A DNA stretch of 62,788 nucleotides, filler included, from Globobulimina sp. (taxonomy: Eukaryota), in the NCBI GenBank assembly GCA_003354225.1. It is 39 parts of 39 records of this genome, joined end to end, with 100 filler letters (N's around TTAATTAATTAA, not from the genome) between each part and the next. Parts side by side here need not be neighbours in the genome. Positions count along the whole stretch, not along the records: positions 24,200 to 25,712 come from PIVH01015497.1; positions 25,813 to 27,325 come from PIVH01015498.1; positions 27,426 to 28,938 come from PIVH01015499.1; positions 29,039 to 30,551 come from PIVH01015500.1; positions 30,652 to 32,164 come from PIVH01015501.1; positions 32,265 to 33,776 come from PIVH01015502.1; positions 33,877 to 35,388 come from PIVH01015503.1; positions 35,489 to 37,000 come from PIVH01015504.1; 31 more parts are not named here. One strand, given 5' to 3'. Under the pieces are notes generated by a model. The model had not been told where the DNA came from. It saw only the letters and a program-made list of their open reading frames with translations, and did no database searches. Shown here in pieces: positions 24,200 to 35,635 of this stretch. Each line of letters starts with the position of its first letter. Positions within the stretch are counted from its first letter, which is position 1. The position numbers and the translations under genes are program-made.

Positions 24200-25293
24200 C
24201 GCCAACAAAATTCGAGAAACACAATTGAAGAACATTTATTTGCAGCATTCATCAAAACTTGCTTGATTACAGATATTGACACATGTAATTATTCGCGTTG
24301 TGGCAGAACAGATAAAGGTGTCTCCTCTTTGGGGAACGTTATTGCTTTGACAGTAAGATCGAAATCAGAATCTCCCAAAGATAATATCGAAAATGAATTG
24401 CATTACATCCACATATTAAACAATGTCTTACCAACTGACATTCGAATACTTTCGTGGTGTCCGGTTAATATTAATTTCAATTCACGCTTCCAATGCAAAT
24501 ATAGGTATTATAAGTATCTGTTTTATAAGAATGGAATGGATATTATTGAAATGAGAAAAGCAGCCAAATTATTAATTGGTACACATGATTTTCGTAATTT
24601 TTGCAAAATGGATGTGGTGAATGTGGATAATTTTGTGCGTGAAATAATTGATATTTGTATTGAACCAATGGAGGAATGTAAAGAACAGAATGATGGTTTG
24701 GATGACTTGGATGATTTGTGGTGTGTTAATGTGATCGGTAACGGATTTTTGTGGCATCAGATAAGATTTACAATGTCTGTTTTGTTTATGATTGGGAAAG
24801 GCAATGAAGATTCAGATATTATCAATGTTTTATTGGATATCAACAAATGTAATGGCAAACCACAATATATGATGGCGAGTGATTTGTGTTTAATTTTATA
24901 TGATTGCGTGTTTGAGCAAAAAGATGTTGATTTTAGTAAACATTTCAAAACACAGTCAATTGCTACTTTTGTGTTTGGCATCAGATTTGGAGACAAAAAA
25001 ATATTGTTTGTAATGTTCGAAAGATATTTTGGAATAAATGTATTGACGGAATTAAACAAAATGAGAACAGTAACAATAATAATGAAGTGAATGCAATCTA
25101 TGCGGAATTGAGTCAATTGGATTTGCCTCATTCAAGGAAAAAGAATAAGAGGAAAAGGTTGGTTCGACATGTTCCTTTGATGAAACGTGTAAAGGAGCCA
25201 TCGTATGAACAGAGCTTGAATACTATGGCAAATTCAAAACTTGAAAAATATAATAAAAAACAACTGAAGCGACAGTTTTTTCAAAATAATTGA
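24200..25293 (+). CDS. PUS3: tRNA pseudouridine(38/39) synthase, TruA family, 5'-truncated; apparent 1-nt frameshift near 24967-24970
   Basis: TIEEHLFAA, YSRCGRTDKGVS (catalytic Asp), GTHDFRNFCKMD, GNGFLWHQIR, KPQYMMASD; C-terminal RHVPLMKR lies in another frame. Confidence 0.92.
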
Positions 25294-26052
25294 ACAATCT
25301 AGTTTTGCGGTGTTTGTTTCTAGAGATGGCTAATGTTCTAACAGTATATTTGAAGTTTAGTAACCGACGGCAGAGATGATGCCTTTTTTGAGGTTTAAAT
25401 TGAATTTAGTGAGAAAAAATGATATAATAATATCCAAATTGCGTCAAACAATGCGAGTAAACCGGCATTTCCGTTTTGGAAAACGTATTTTTCACCGAAA
25501 ATATGTCATCCATATAATCATACACTGTATAAACACCCAATGGATCATATTCATTGATACTGAAATATAAAATACCATCCACATAAACCGAATCAATTTC
25601 AATCTGCTCCAAATCACCGCCAATCTCCGGCATATAATGATGCAGTCTCCATGCACTGGTAAATGAATATATATTCACCATTGAATCCGTCGGATTTACT
25701 GCAAAGACATACNNNNNNNNNNNNNNNNNNNNNNNNNNNNNNNNNNNNNNNNNNNNTTAATTAATTAANNNNNNNNNNNNNNNNNNNNNNNNNNNNNNNN
25801 NNNNNNNNNNNNATATTCCTCATACATTTTAACTTGCAGCATTGACTGCAACCTCGTATTGATCAGTTATTCATTTTTACTTCTTTTGCAAATGGTGTTG
25901 AAAATATATTGCAAATCTCATCCATTAATTTCTTGCTTTGTAACAAAATCTTTGACGCGCAATAAATCATAAATTATGGTAGAAATGAAGACTGTGCGCG
26001 AATATCCAAAAACGTTTACAAAAAAAGAATATAAAAAATAGTGAATTTGATA

Positions 26053-26433
26053 TTAACGATTCATAGTGAATTTGATCTTTGATTTGCGTTTAAAAAAATG
26101 TGTAATTTTTTCTGATTTGACTTTAATTTTAATTCTATTTTTTTTTTTCATCCATTTGTGACTTGAACATTGAGGATCTGGCTTTCTTGGTGTACATTTG
26201 CAACATCTCCTGATATTAATAGTAATTATTACATTTGGATCTATTTGTAAATGTTGCTCACGCAATAGTGCGTCTTTACGCATTGCCATACCATGTGTTT
26301 TATATCCATAGCGTTCCACTGTTCCCTTGAATCTCGCATTTGATACTCGACCATTACAACCAAATTGTATTGTGACAATTCTTTTTTTGTACAAAGTATC
26401 AAAATTATTATCCTTTGGTTTTATCTTGGCCAA
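26053..26433 (-). CDS. Hypothetical basic protein
   Basis: 126-aa Lys/Arg-rich ORF without a recognised motif. Confidence 0.3.
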   Translation of the reverse strand: MAKIKPKDNNFDTLYKKRIVTIQFGCNGRVSNARFKGTVERYGYKTHGMAMRKDALLREQHLQIDPNVIITINIRRCCKCTPRKPDPQCSSHKWMKKKNRIKIKVKSEKITHFFKRKSKIKFTMNR

Positions 26434-26706
26434 TCCACCCCAGTACGTGATATTATTTTTGGAATCATAACAACCTTTTGAAAATAAAACAAAATGTTAC
26501 ACACAAAGTATCCAAACTCTGTGAGATATCTGAACTTTTTTTAAGAAATTTAAAAATAAATAAATATTTGTCAAATTCCCGCTTCACCCTAAACGACGTA
26601 TTGGGCGATCTCAATTCTGTAGCAAAGTTCACTTGAAATTCAAACTTTTTTGCCAAGGAAACCATTGCCAAGGGTGATATACACAAAACTTTTCAGCGAC
26701 GCAACA

Positions 26707-27325
26707 ATGTCTAACGACTGGATACCGATGACATGGAAAGGGAAACAGTGCGTGTGTGTTAATAAAAAATCATGGGATAGCAACTCAGGATTTATTCCAT
26801 ACAAAGTTATGTCTAAAATCAAAGTTAATAATAACCACATTAATTAACACAGTATGAGGCATGCGATAAAGTGTACAGAGGCAGGCGATCGAATTTCTCT
26901 CCATCAAAAAAAGAACCAAGCCGCATAGGCAATGAAGCAGAGGAAGGGATGCCAGACCAACAAATTAATGATGAAAAGAAAGAGGAAAAGAAAGAAGAAA
27001 AAAGAGAAGCGCGACAAGTGAATATGAATAATGCAGAAATTGTTGGATTTTTAAGAATAAATAGAATTGAATCGTTACAATCATGTTTCCGAGAACATGA
27101 TATCACTATCGATGACCTCAATATGTGGACTGAAAAAGATGTACAGTATGGATGTATTTTATCCATTTATTTTGATATTAAAACATGACTGCCTCTAAAC
27201 AGAGAATATTGTGCAGAAAATGGTTTTGCTGTTCATATCAAACGACGCCTAATCAATGGCATAAATAAATTGAATCCAAAGCCAACACATTCAATATCTG
27301 ATCAAATGTATTCATTAACAAAAGA
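26707..27325 (+). CDS. SAM-domain protein, 3'-truncated; introns 26806-26852 and 27146-27202
   Basis: Two frame-preserving GT-AG introns; EIVGFLRINRIESLQSCFREHDITIDDL..HIKRRLINGINKL is SAM-like. Confidence 0.7.
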
Positions 27326-27425
27326 NNNNNNNNNNNNNNNNNNNNNNNNNNNNNNNNNNNNNNNNNNNNTTAATTAATTAANNNNNNNNNNNNNNNNNNN
27401 NNNNNNNNNNNNNNNNNNNNNNNNN

Positions 27426-28445
27426 GTAATAAAGAATTTTAAAAAAACCCTCAACACTCGCAAAAAACGAGCCATTTTGCTAGAACCATTAACCTCAATC
27501 TCCTCATAATTATTGTTATCCATTTCAATGTCGTCCACGGTCTCATTTTGTTGCCGTGATTTTAAAAATTCATCGATAATTACAAAGACCATATCCAATA
27601 TCGATGTAAATGTGTTCTCAATGATCATGCCCGCAATCACTATCTTTTTGCCATCCTCGTGTGTATTATTTAAACGCGTCAACTCATCGTCTGACACATT
27701 CAACGTGTTATCATTTGTTTTATTCATGTCATTCAGATCAATTTTCTTATCGTTAATTATGACTTTATCATTGTCCAATGTCTCTAATTTGCGCATACAA
27801 CATCTCCAAACTAAATCGATTGCGACTGCGCCACCTATGACATACACAAATATGTATTATGTAAGAAAATATATAAAAACACAAATGGGTGCGAGGATAT
27901 TGGCAGATACCAAGCGAGCGACCAAAAATGAATATTTTATTCAAATTGATATCATTTCGTTGCAATAAGTGTGACAAAACAGACTCTGCGTCGTAGGCCA
28001 AGCCTTTCTCCGTAGGAACCCCTTCCGAGTTACCATAGCCTCGATAGTCGACCATAAGTATGTTGCAATGCAATTGCCGAAACATATAATATGCGTTGGG
28101 CAATCTGTAGCCGATATTGCCTGCGTTGCCATGGAAACATATTATAGTTGGGCATTCTGTGCTATTTTGCTGTCGGATGAGCCAGCAATGAACGAGTAGC
28201 TTATCTTTGGTGGTCACGAAGAAATCATCAAAATCAAATTTATAGTACGATGGCGTGCGGACTCGCGGGAAGGGATTGTAGGCTAATTGCCGCTTTCTGG
28301 ATGGGGCATGACGTTGATATAATATCGCGCCTTGATGCTTCCATAAGATGAGCAATAAAATCAACAGTATATAGCATATGAATTTAAAGATGTAAAATAT
28401 GAATAGGAGTAAATACACAAAGGCAGTGCCAATAAATCCAAACAT
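27426..28445 (-). CDS. ABHD13: ABHD13/BEM46-like alpha/beta hydrolase, 3'-truncated; intron 27835-27910
   Basis: FHGNAGNIG, DYRGYGNSEGVPTEKGL, IFIFGRSLG|GAVAI (nucleophile elbow split by a 76-nt intron). Confidence 0.9.
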
Positions 28446-28534
28446 ATGTGGCTTGATTGAGCTCAGCTTAAAATGTAAAAAAGAAATTAAAGTATTAAAA
28501 AACCTTAGTTTAAGTAGATAATCTGAGTCTGACA

Positions 28535-28938
28535 ATGGCTTCACTTCAAGATCAAAGAAGGTTGACAAGTAAAGGAGATACGGCATTTGCCAATATGGAG
28601 AAGGTCAATTGTGAATTGTTTGTGATGACCTACGGAGCCATAGTTATTCAATTAATAAAAGATATCGGTGATATCGATCAAGTGAATGCAAGGTTGGAGT
28701 CGATGGGATACAATATCGGCATGAGATTAATTGATGAGTTTTTAAGCAAAGCGCAAATTAAAAAATGTAAAAATTTCACAGAGACGGCTGAGTTAATTGC
28801 AAGAGTTGGATTTAAAATGTTTTTAGGAGTCGAAGGACAAATTAAAACATGGGAAGATGATACAACATTTTATTTGGATTTATCTAATAATCCATTGAAC
28901 GATTTTGTTGAGTTACCACCACAATTTAAAGGTAAATT
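28535..28938 (+). CDS. BET3: TRAPP complex subunit BET3/TRAPPC3, 3'-truncated
   Basis: KVNCELFVMTYGAIV, LESMGYNIGMRLIDEFLSK, GFKMFLG, NPLNDFVELP. Confidence 0.96.
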
Positions 28939-29039
28939 NNNNNNNNNNNNNNNNNNNNNNNNNNNNNNNNNNNNNNNNNNNNTTAATTAATTAANNNNNN
29001 NNNNNNNNNNNNNNNNNNNNNNNNNNNNNNNNNNNNNNA

Positions 29040-29924
29040 ATTGGTGATTATACATTCCAAGTTATCATTGAAATCATAAAGGATAAGAATGGCCCATTTT
29101 TTATAATCCGCGCAACAGAAATTACAACAAAGGATGTATTTGAATTTAAAAGAGACGAAAAAGAATTATTATCAATGAATTGGCCAAATAAAACTATGAA
29201 ATCCGTAAAACAATTTATAACATCCATTATATTTGAGCCTGATAAAGAAATGGTCGTTGAATTTGGATTTGTTTCAAATTCCAAGCAAGAAGATACAGAG
29301 CAGAATGATGAAAAAGATGATGAAACTGAGAAATTACAATTGTCAAAGCATTATGAAGAAGGCGATGATATGATGATAGCTATTGAGTTACAATATAAAT
29401 GGATGCGTTCCGAATGGAAATTAGATTTGAAATATGTTGCCCAGGACGAGGTGAATAGATTGAAGGTATTGGTTAAAGATTTACGTAATGAGATAGATAC
29501 ATTAAAATCAAAAGTTACTCAATTTAAAGGAATGATTTCAATGTGGAGTGGGAAGGAAGCAAATATTCCAAATGGATGGGCAATTTGTGACGGAACGAAT
29601 GGAACACCAGATTTGAGGGATAGATTTATTTTAGGAGGCAATGGGAACAATATTGGAAGTAAAGGTGGGAGGAAGACACATTCGCATAACATCACAGTAC
29701 AAGGACATCAATTGACCGTTGCTGAAATGCCAAGTCATGATCATGGATTTCAATGTGGAAAATTCTGTGCTGGTGCCAGTCACTATGAAGTTGTTGCTCA
29801 TACAGGTACAAGAAAGTATACGGAGACTACAGGTGGAAATCAAGCACATTCACATGCTGCGAGTAGCAATTCGACATCACATATGCCACAGTATTATGTG
29901 TTAGGATTTATAATGAGGTTATAG
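29040..29924 (+). CDS. CCDC61/SAS-6-like head + coiled coil + phage tail-collar/short-fibre domain fusion
   Basis: Frame open from 29040; C-terminal GMISMWSG..IPNGWAICDGTNGTPDLRDRFILG..LTVAEMPSHDH..TGGNQAH..MPQYYVLGFIMRL is the tail-collar/MdpB-type signature. Confidence 0.8.
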   Translation: MGDYTFQVIIEIIKDKNGPFFIIRATEITTKDVFEFKRDEKELLSMNWPNKTMKSVKQFITSIIFEPDKEMVVEFGFVSNSKQEDTEQNDEKDDETEKLQLSKHYEEGDDMMIAIELQYKWMRSEWKLDLKYVAQDEVNRLKVLVKDLRNEIDTLKSKVTQFKGMISMWSGKEANIPNGWAICDGTNGTPDLRDRFILGGNGNNIGSKGGRKTHSHNITVQGHQLTVAEMPSHDHGFQCGKFCAGASHYEVVAHTGTRKYTETTGGNQAHSHAASSNSTSHMPQYYVLGFIMRL

Positions 29925-30652
29925 TTTTGCAAAATGTATTGTATAGATATTGACATTATCAAAAGTTGAAAAAAAATCGTGATAATATAAGATAATTTAA
30001 ATAAATTACAAAAGCGAATCAATTTCTCATTCGATATATTTGTTTCCATGAAGGTCGAAATAGTAATTTTTAAAGTATTGTAGACCATCATCACATTCCA
30101 AGGCAGGCATCGATAATACAACATTATTATTATTAGTATTGTCTGATGTTGAGGTCGCAAAAGATTCTGCCTCTAATAATTTAGATTTTTTTCTAGCCGG
30201 TTCATCTGAAATAATGTTTGCATCTGAAAGTGAATTATCTTGTTTAAAACCGCTGTATAATGGTTTTTCACAAACAACTTTCTTCTCCATGTAATGGTTT
30301 TTAATTTAAATGTTGTTATGTCTGAGGAAAAAACACGATTATGATCAATTTATTATGAGTACCAGAACATAACGGAACACTGACTTCTTGCTAGAACAAG
30401 AAAGCATTTTGAGGTGTCACTAGTGCGTTAATTGATTTTCACATCTTCAAACATTCACACATTAATCTAGTCCGTCGTAGAATCTCCTGCATCGAGCACA
30501 CAAACACGTTTTTATGATATATAATAGTATACAATTGCTCACAAAAAAAAANNNNNNNNNNNNNNNNNNNNNNNNNNNNNNNNNNNNNNNNNNNNTTAAT
30601 TAATTAANNNNNNNNNNNNNNNNNNNNNNNNNNNNNNNNNNNNNNNNNNNNT

Positions 30653-32164
30653 CGTGAAAAGATTCAAAACGGTATAAAAGACCTCGAAGGTCAAGAGGCA
30701 TTGACATATATATTGAACAAAATAAAGGATAAGATAAAGGCAAATCAAATGAAAGGAACTGCGACAAATAATAACAGTAAACCAGTTTACGAAGCACCCA
30801 AACATAAAGTTGAACAAAAGTATCATTTGGAAGCTAGTAAACCGACATCGTTTAGACCGAAAGGTACTGTAGACATGTTATACCTTCACGAAGAAAGGAA
30901 TTGCATTTATTGCAATGAAAATCATTTCTCGGACAGATGTGAAGTATTACAAGACGCAAAAAGTCGTAAAGAAAAGTTACAGGAAAGTAACAAATGTTTT
31001 CGTTGTTTGGGAGAGGATAGGATCATATGATAGGTACATGTCCAAACAATGTAGTATGCTTCTATTGCAAACGGAGCAATCATCATAGTAGCATATGTTT
31101 TCGAAAGTTTCCTAGCATAGACTCGAAAGGTAGAATACCTCGTGAACATATACATACGATAGTAACAGATGACAGCAAAAGTCAAGATGATAGAAGTGAC
31201 AAAATTATAACAGAATTACAAAAGAGCATGTTTGAATTGAAAAAATACATTGACACCAGATTTGATACGGAAATAAAAACGACAGAAAATTCAGGAATTT
31301 TGCATGTCGCAGAACAATCAAATAAACATGTACTCTTGTCAACTGCTCGTGTAATCACACAAAAAATTGGATCAAATAAGACACAAAAAGGTCGCGTATT
31401 AATAGATTGCGGCAGTCAACGAACTTGTGTAACCGAAGAATTTAGTAACAAATTGGGTTTAGAACCATATGCTTATGAAACGGTGACAATAGCAGGTTTT
31501 GCCCAAGAGAAAGGTCAGACATATACTTTGCCAATAGTCAAATTAAACATACAAATGAAGGACGGCAGGTATAAAACATTTGAAGCAAGCGTAAAAGACA
31601 AAATTACAGGACCTATCAAAATCGTTGCATTAAATACGAAAAAGTATCCATATTTGGAATATGCAGGTTTAGCCGAACCTTTAGTAGAAAAAACATATTT
31701 CGGCCAGGTTGACATATTATTGGGTAACGATTATTGTTTCGACATTATTGATCAAGGAAGCATTATTAAAATCGGCGAAAACATAAAAATATACGATTCA
31801 CAATTCGGTTATTTGCTATCTGGTAAAGTGACGCAAGAAGACGCACAAATAGAGCCAAATATCGAAAACAAAGTCACTCAATTACTTTCAAATGAAACAG
31901 TTTGTAATAGTAATAGTGACATAGAAACAGTTGAATCGAAAAATGTAGATAAAAATAGAAAGGTCAAAAATGGGGAATACAGTTCTCAGGACACCCCAAG
32001 AGACAAAGATACAAAAATGGTCATGGACAGTAGAATCAAAAATGCAACGGGAGATAACGGTTTTCATGAAGGCACTCCTTTTGACATGGACACAAACACA
32101 AAAATTGACACAGTAGTTGAAGTGAAGAAGGGGAATACAGCGCACAGGACACCCCAGAAGAAGA
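30653..32164 (+). mobile_element. BEL/Pao LTR retrotransposon gag-protease region, frameshifted
   Basis: Three zinc knuckles (CIYCNENHFSDRC; CFRCLGEDHMIGTC after correction; CFYCKRSNHHSSIC), then protease VLIDCGSQRTCVT..VDILLGND; AGGAT duplication at 31014-31023. Confidence 0.9.
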
Positions 32165-32264
32165 NNNNNNNNNNNNNNNNNNNNNNNNNNNNNNNNNNNN
32201 NNNNNNNNTTAATTAATTAANNNNNNNNNNNNNNNNNNNNNNNNNNNNNNNNNNNNNNNNNNNN

Positions 32265-33521
32265 ATGATGGCAAATTATTTTTTATCCGCAATGCCTTTT
32301 GTTCATCGCATAAATTCGGCACTATAATCATAAAAAAAGAAAGAAAAATGGCAATGCAAATCTTATTTAAGAAAATATAAATTGCACAGAATAATGCTGA
32401 CAAAATAATAAAATTATCACTCATTACAAAATATAAAAACAAGCCGAGAATTCCCATCAATATTTTAATAGCAATTGACAATTTACATAGATTATACAGT
32501 CCGATGTAGTTTTGTTGAATTAAATATAAACAGACAATGCTAATCCAAGTTGTTACAAATGACATAAGTGATAAATATGAAGCGCGAGTGGATGCCGTCC
32601 ATTTAGATAATAAAACATCTGTGAATATCGATGTGAATTGTCCTAAAAATACGCTCTGTGTTTCATTGATTACTGATGTTACAATAAACAGCCATAAATT
32701 ATAATGACTCGAGACTTGTTTTATAAATAAGCCCAATGAAAATAAACCTTGTTTTGTTGACTCTGTCAGAGACTTATCGGGTTTTAAAAGCGCTTCCTGA
32801 TCATCAGCAAGGTTTACATTCTTTTTATATTTGGCTGTTTGAGATAAATATTGTCTGAAAGTAGCACAGCAACGCAAATAATTGTGGTAATTTTGCTAAA
32901 AAACTACAAGTTTCGAAAATGTTTTGGATTATATTACACAATTAATTCATTGCTGTGTTACCTTAATTTATAGCATGAAATGTATGTGGAAAGTATGGAT
33001 ATAATAATCGTAATCCATAACAAAATCCTAAAATTATGCAAATTCTGTTTATCCCAGAAATAATATGATATGAAAGACAACAATGAAAAGATAACTGCAT
33101 TGATTGGTTTTTGAATTAATTGCAATTTAACTCTCTCATTTTGATTTGATGTCAAATCATCGCTCCACATCGCACCTTTTGTAATGCAAACGAATGAAAA
33201 AAATCCATCATACAACGATATTGTAATGAAATAATGAAATGTTTTTGGCATAACATTATTGAACGAATAGAATGGAAATAATGTGACAAAGCACCATAAT
33301 ATGTTCATCGGCTCAATTAATGTCAATCGCGAATCATTCTTTCCATATTTATGCTGATACCAATCTGAGATGTAACCAGATATTAAATCGTTTAATACGT
33401 TCCAAATGAGATAAATTGAATGCACAGATGCTATTTGCATGGATGATAACTGATGTACTGACACAAACATATCCAAATGGTAGGTACCAAATAAAATGCC
33501 ATGCAATGTACCATGGTTCAT
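32265..33521 (-). CDS. MFSD13A/TMEM180-like (GPH-type) MFS transporter; probable intron 32855-32961
   Basis: LHGILFGTYHLDMFVSV..IYLIWNVLNDLISGYISD; LYDGFFSFV; IIVPNLCDE. Confidence 0.75.
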
Positions 33522-34168
33522 TTGTTAATTGATTTACTTGTTTGAGGAAGTTCAGCGAGAGCGGCATGATTAACAAAGATACCACTCATCATATTATAAC
33601 ACCTCAATCACATATCAATTGTAGGGTCAAAATCATGCTCTGACAGGATTTCAACAACCGGTGACGCTAAATGACAATTTCTATTTTCAACAAAAAAGTT
33701 TGAGGTACAATTTCTATTTTTTAATTTAATTTTTTCATTAACAGATACAAATAATAGAAATTTATGGCAAATCCGANNNNNNNNNNNNNNNNNNNNNNNN
33801 NNNNNNNNNNNNNNNNNNNNTTAATTAATTAANNNNNNNNNNNNNNNNNNNNNNNNNNNNNNNNNNNNNNNNNNNNCTTACCATAAATATTATAATATAA
33901 CTCCTGTTCTGTTTTACCGGCACCAGCCTTCTTTTCCCAGTGAATAATTGAGGGTAAAATCAAATATATCCAATGAATGCTTTTCAATACTTATTAGCAG
34001 ATACAATTGAGCCAGAATAATATATTAAACGCATTGGGTAAATAAAAATGCATTACAAAAATAATGTTTTAATTTGTCGGATTTATTCCACCGGCAAAAA
34101 GATTTATTTAATTAAGTTATTTTTAATCTTAAATGCGTTCATAGCTTGTTTAAAATTCATTGTAACGA

Positions 34169-35095
34169 ATGTGTCACTGTAAAACTGGGTGCTGTGCAAA
34201 TCAAATTTGTGGACTTTTGTTTGGTGCAATTAATTTAGGAATATGTACGGCGTATATAATTGCATTAACAATGTTAGCAATGGAATGTGGACACGCCTGT
34301 TATCCGCATTATTTTAATCCTCATTTATATGCAATTATAATGATTTTATCAGCAGTTATTTTATATGTGTTTGGATTTTTGTTATCATGTTTGGCCTATA
34401 AAAGAGGAGAAGGTGATATCACAGGGTGTAACATTTGGATTATTATATTAATTGATGTTATTCTTTTAGGCACACTGCTTTTATGCGTTTGGAATCTTTA
34501 CGATTTAATACAAAATGCAATTGTAAATACAAGTAATTATCCCAAATTATATGTAATTATGGTGATTGTAAATATTATATGGAATGTATTATTGCTTATA
34601 ATCACAGTCAATGTGTTAAGGAACACCCAATCAACAAATAAAAAAAGTAAAGGCTCCTTCACTGAATTGAGTCCTCTCGATGACTGTGACGACGATGATA
34701 ATGATTTGCAACAAATGACATCAAAATCATCTGTATTTATGGACGAGGAATCTAAAAAAAGTATTTCTGCGCAGGATCCGGAGAGTGATGACGATGATGA
34801 ATGGAGAAAGGATAACTCGACGCCACATGGCAATGTTTATGATAATTCAAGCAAATGGCAGCAAAGTGAAGGTAGCGTCAAGACAAAAACAGAAAAACAT
34901 AATTCAAAAACAGAGAAGCAAAGCAATCAAGAATCAGCATACAAGTCTGGCTTTGATGCGAGTGTTGAACCAGGAAAGCCATTGGGGAATAGTTCCGAAG
35001 TTAATATGACAAAAGATACAAAGGATGTAAGTGTAGGAGGTAGAAAAGCAACATCGGGTTTTGACTTTGATAACAGAAATAGTGCATGGAGTTGA
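34169..35095 (+). CDS. Four-TM protein with low-complexity Ser/Asp/Lys tail
   Basis: Complete 308-aa ORF with four hydrophobic helices. Confidence 0.7.
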   Translation: MCHCKTGCCANQICGLLFGAINLGICTAYIIALTMLAMECGHACYPHYFNPHLYAIIMILSAVILYVFGFLLSCLAYKRGEGDITGCNIWIIILIDVILLGTLLLCVWNLYDLIQNAIVNTSNYPKLYVIMVIVNIIWNVLLLIITVNVLRNTQSTNKKSKGSFTELSPLDDCDDDDNDLQQMTSKSSVFMDEESKKSISAQDPESDDDDEWRKDNSTPHGNVYDNSSKWQQSEGSVKTKTEKHNSKTEKQSNQESAYKSGFDASVEPGKPLGNSSEVNMTKDTKDVSVGGRKATSGFDFDNRNSAWS

Positions 35096-35635
35096 ACATA
35101 TGGAATGAATGTAAAATGTGCTGTGGAATTCATTAGAGTTTTCCTATTTGACTTTGATTTTGCTCATGATCAACTTTTTTTAATCATTTGTGAATTGTTA
35201 GAGAAAAAGCTTAAGTAAATGTTCGTCTCATCTTCTCGTCTCGATTAGAAACTGTAAATGAAGATCTTACTGTACCGTGTTAACTCATTTTTGGGTACAC
35301 CAAATTTTGCCTGTCAAAAAAGCAATCCTCAGCTCTACTGTGTTTAGATACAAAAGCAGTGGCCAAACAGTAAATATACTGTTTGGCANNNNNNNNNNNN
35401 NNNNNNNNNNNNNNNNNNNNNNNNNNNNNNNNTTAATTAATTAANNNNNNNNNNNNNNNNNNNNNNNNNNNNNNNNNNNNNNNNNNNNAAAAAAATTAAC
35501 AACTCAAAATATTCAGGAGACAAGACACCAAAAAAGACACAATAAAAAAAGAAAAACAAATGTAAAAAATTTATAATAATGAATTACATTAAAAAAGAAA
35601 AATCAAAGAGGTTTACAATAATCTGTGTACATAAT

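Noticed and set aside
24961-24975. Programmed frameshift in PUS3
   Set aside because: One extra T in the T4 run restores a continuous frame; a homopolymer assembly error is simpler and no slippery heptamer is evident.
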